From the NCBI GenBank assembly GCA_030704615.1, contig CM060734.1:55676001-55740000 (forward strand): DNA of 64,000 nt, written 5' to 3'. Below, piece by piece: positions 61,866 through 64,000 of the stretch. Origin of the DNA: Takakia lepidozioides (Eukaryota > Plantae > Bryophyta). The notes beneath the pieces are model-generated. The model saw only the letters and a list, made by a program, of their open reading frames with translations, was not told where the DNA came from and did no database searches. The position numbers and the translations under genes are program-made. Positions within the stretch are counted from its first letter, which is position 1, and each line of letters starts with the position of its first letter.

Positions 61866-64000
61866 GCTCGGATGCCTGCTCAAAGCCCTAATTTGAAGCC
61901 CTAATTTACAATTACAAGCGATTCTTATGAAATTTGCCCAGATTCAAGTTGCTGCCAGCAGCTTAAACTGAGACGTAAGGTCTCAAATCAGAACCAGTAA
62001 AGACCTGAGTGTACTGTGGCGGCCCCTGATGCCAAGGTATCATTGTCCAACCTCTTGCAGCGTTCTCTCCATGCACTTGCTATCTGTAGTCTACTCACCA
62101 GGCTATTTGCACGGGTTGGCAAAAGCATGGTTGTATTCTCCGATGGTGAAATTCCATTAGCCTTTAGCAGGTAGCTGTGATGTTGTACGCGTGTTTGTAC
62201 ATGCTAGTTCGTGCGATTGTGCACAGAGTTATCTCATGATGAAGGGTGAATACAGCTGATTGCAGATTGCAAGCTCTGGAGCCCTTGCTTCTGAGTGTTC
62301 TTCGTCTCCCGATTCTGGTTGATTCTATTGCTGACCGAGAGCTTGGGGGAGAGTACAGTCTGCAGCTGCACTCTTGAATTTTGAACTTAATAGTGAGTAA
62401 AATCTGATTACCTCCCCTGGCCCTGTTTGATATGAGTTATATCAGTCTACATCCAACAACGTCTTTCCGTTGCTCCTCCTTTTCCCCTCCCCAACCCTCT
62501 AAAACTGAAGACAGTCAGTGAGGAAAGGTCTCGACAAAGATCTTGAACGAAGAAGTGGCACTAGGCGGCACTTTCACAATTAGAGTGATTCAAACGTAAA
62601 ATGTGTGCACAAGTCACACAACAGGCACAAGTGATGCGCTCACGTTGCGTAGACAAAGCTATCACCAGCTTGTCGAAATCTCAATCTGCAAGTGCAAGCT
62701 TACCGCGCACCCCACTCAAATTGAGTCAACGCTCACATTGCAATCCCTTTTACATTACCTCGTCAGGTGGAGTAGTTTGCACACCACCCAAAAACAGAGT
62801 CCTGCTTCCAGACGGTATCCCTTGAGGCTCATGCTGAAATCTCTCTCTCGATTTTCGTAGAAGCTAAGCCACTAGCTTTCTCGGAAAGTTTACTTCCTTC
62901 TCCGCTTATGCAGCTCAAAACCCAGCACCCAATTTGTGGGCTGCCACCATAAGCTGCCACCACAATACGGTCCCCTCTCTGGTGAAGCGAGAGCAGTAGG
63001 TATTTTTCCAAGCAAGATAGCTGCGAAAAAATTTCGTGCTCGGTAAGAGAGCTGAGGGATTGCTCCAAGCTCTCCAACACGTTCATGTCTATCTGTGTGA
63101 GGGCAGTACCAGCTGCCCTCACAGAAGCAAGCTCCACCATGGGAGCGATCACTGGTAGACTCCATGGAAGGTATTCTTGGCCGCAGCAAATGGAGATGTA
63201 CTACAGTTGCTGAGATGCACAGAGAGACGCAGAGAGAGACGATCGAAAATGTGGGAGAGACAACGAAATATGAACGAGATCTTCGAGAGAAGTGAATGTA
63301 AGAATTGTGAAGTGTTGTGACCCTTCCAGACACCCCGTGGTCTTCTGCAGTGTGAGAACGACAGAATTGGAAGCAGTGCTTCCTATTGGGTTGTTGACAG
63401 GTGAGGAAGAAGGCGAGCCCGGGTACCTTGAATCGGCAATGCTCTTGCAGACTTGGAGGCTTGTTTCGATGCATCCATGGTGTAGTCTAATCTGTGCGGT
63501 CCTCGAGTTTCCCACTCTTGAGACTGAATTTGAGCGCAAATTGGTCCACAGGAGGGCACTAGTGTTTGCAAATTGCTTGTACAATATGTGGGAACTTTGA
63601 AATGAAGATAGTGGAATGCTACCCTTCTGTTGTACTCGATAGCACTCAACAAATCTTTGCTAAACAAGAAGCATTGCATGGCTTCTCATGTCACCACACA
63701 CACTCAACTTTGTGCATGTATGTCCCTGTGTGAAGAGGGAGTTTTGATAAACAAGTCAATTAATCCCCCAATCACAAAACATACATCACCCAAGGGTGTA
63801 ATAGTCTATATCCAGGGGAGAGCCACCCTTGCGGGATGCCAGAGACACAGAAATTAAAGTTTGTTAACAACCATGACACTGCATAGACCTCCGAGAGTTG
63901 GATCTGCCATTCTGTAGATGCAAGGTCCAAAACTACAGCAAGAGGAGAGTACAGAGTTTGAGTCTTCCATACTGATGCTAGGAATTGAGTTGAGGGTCTG

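Noticed and set aside
62600-64000. Possible minus-strand gene end at the window edge
   Set aside because: The ORFs look partly coding, but no motif or consistent exon chain could be recognised.

Overview
Eukaryotic nuclear DNA from a land plant, probably bryophyte-grade (inferred from gene content, intron style and repeat families). Seven spliced or near-complete protein genes can be rebuilt from GT-AG exons: an inositol monophosphatase (+, to 7931), a plastid-type metallo-beta-lactamase-fold protein (+, 9564-12831), a bestrophin/VCCN-like channel with a repetitive C-terminal tail (+, ~21.3-23.0 kb), a DUF1640/FMP32-like mitochondrial coiled-coil protein (-, 24659-27728), ispF (+, 41495-43617), a GDSL lipase (-, 44395-46856) and a divergent VPS15 (-, ~49.2-61.9 kb). 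Introns and intergenic DNA hold many mobile elements. These are an RTEX-like LINE family (one copy sits in a (CT)n tract with six reiterated 3' ends), a short (CATTT)n-tailed retroelement family, a hAT MITE (8-bp TSD), a Mutator-type MITE (9-bp TSD), a piggyBac-type MITE (TTAA TSD), a non-autonomous Helitron family with reiterated terminators, Helentron Rep and endonuclease relics, and an orphan BRX-domain gene fragment. The most notable signals are the stacked LINE 3' ends, the bestrophin with no evident transit peptide and a repeat tail, the piggyBac-like element in a plant, and a recurring C-rich-5'/G-rich-3' intron architecture. All calls come from reading the sequence by eye; no searches were run.
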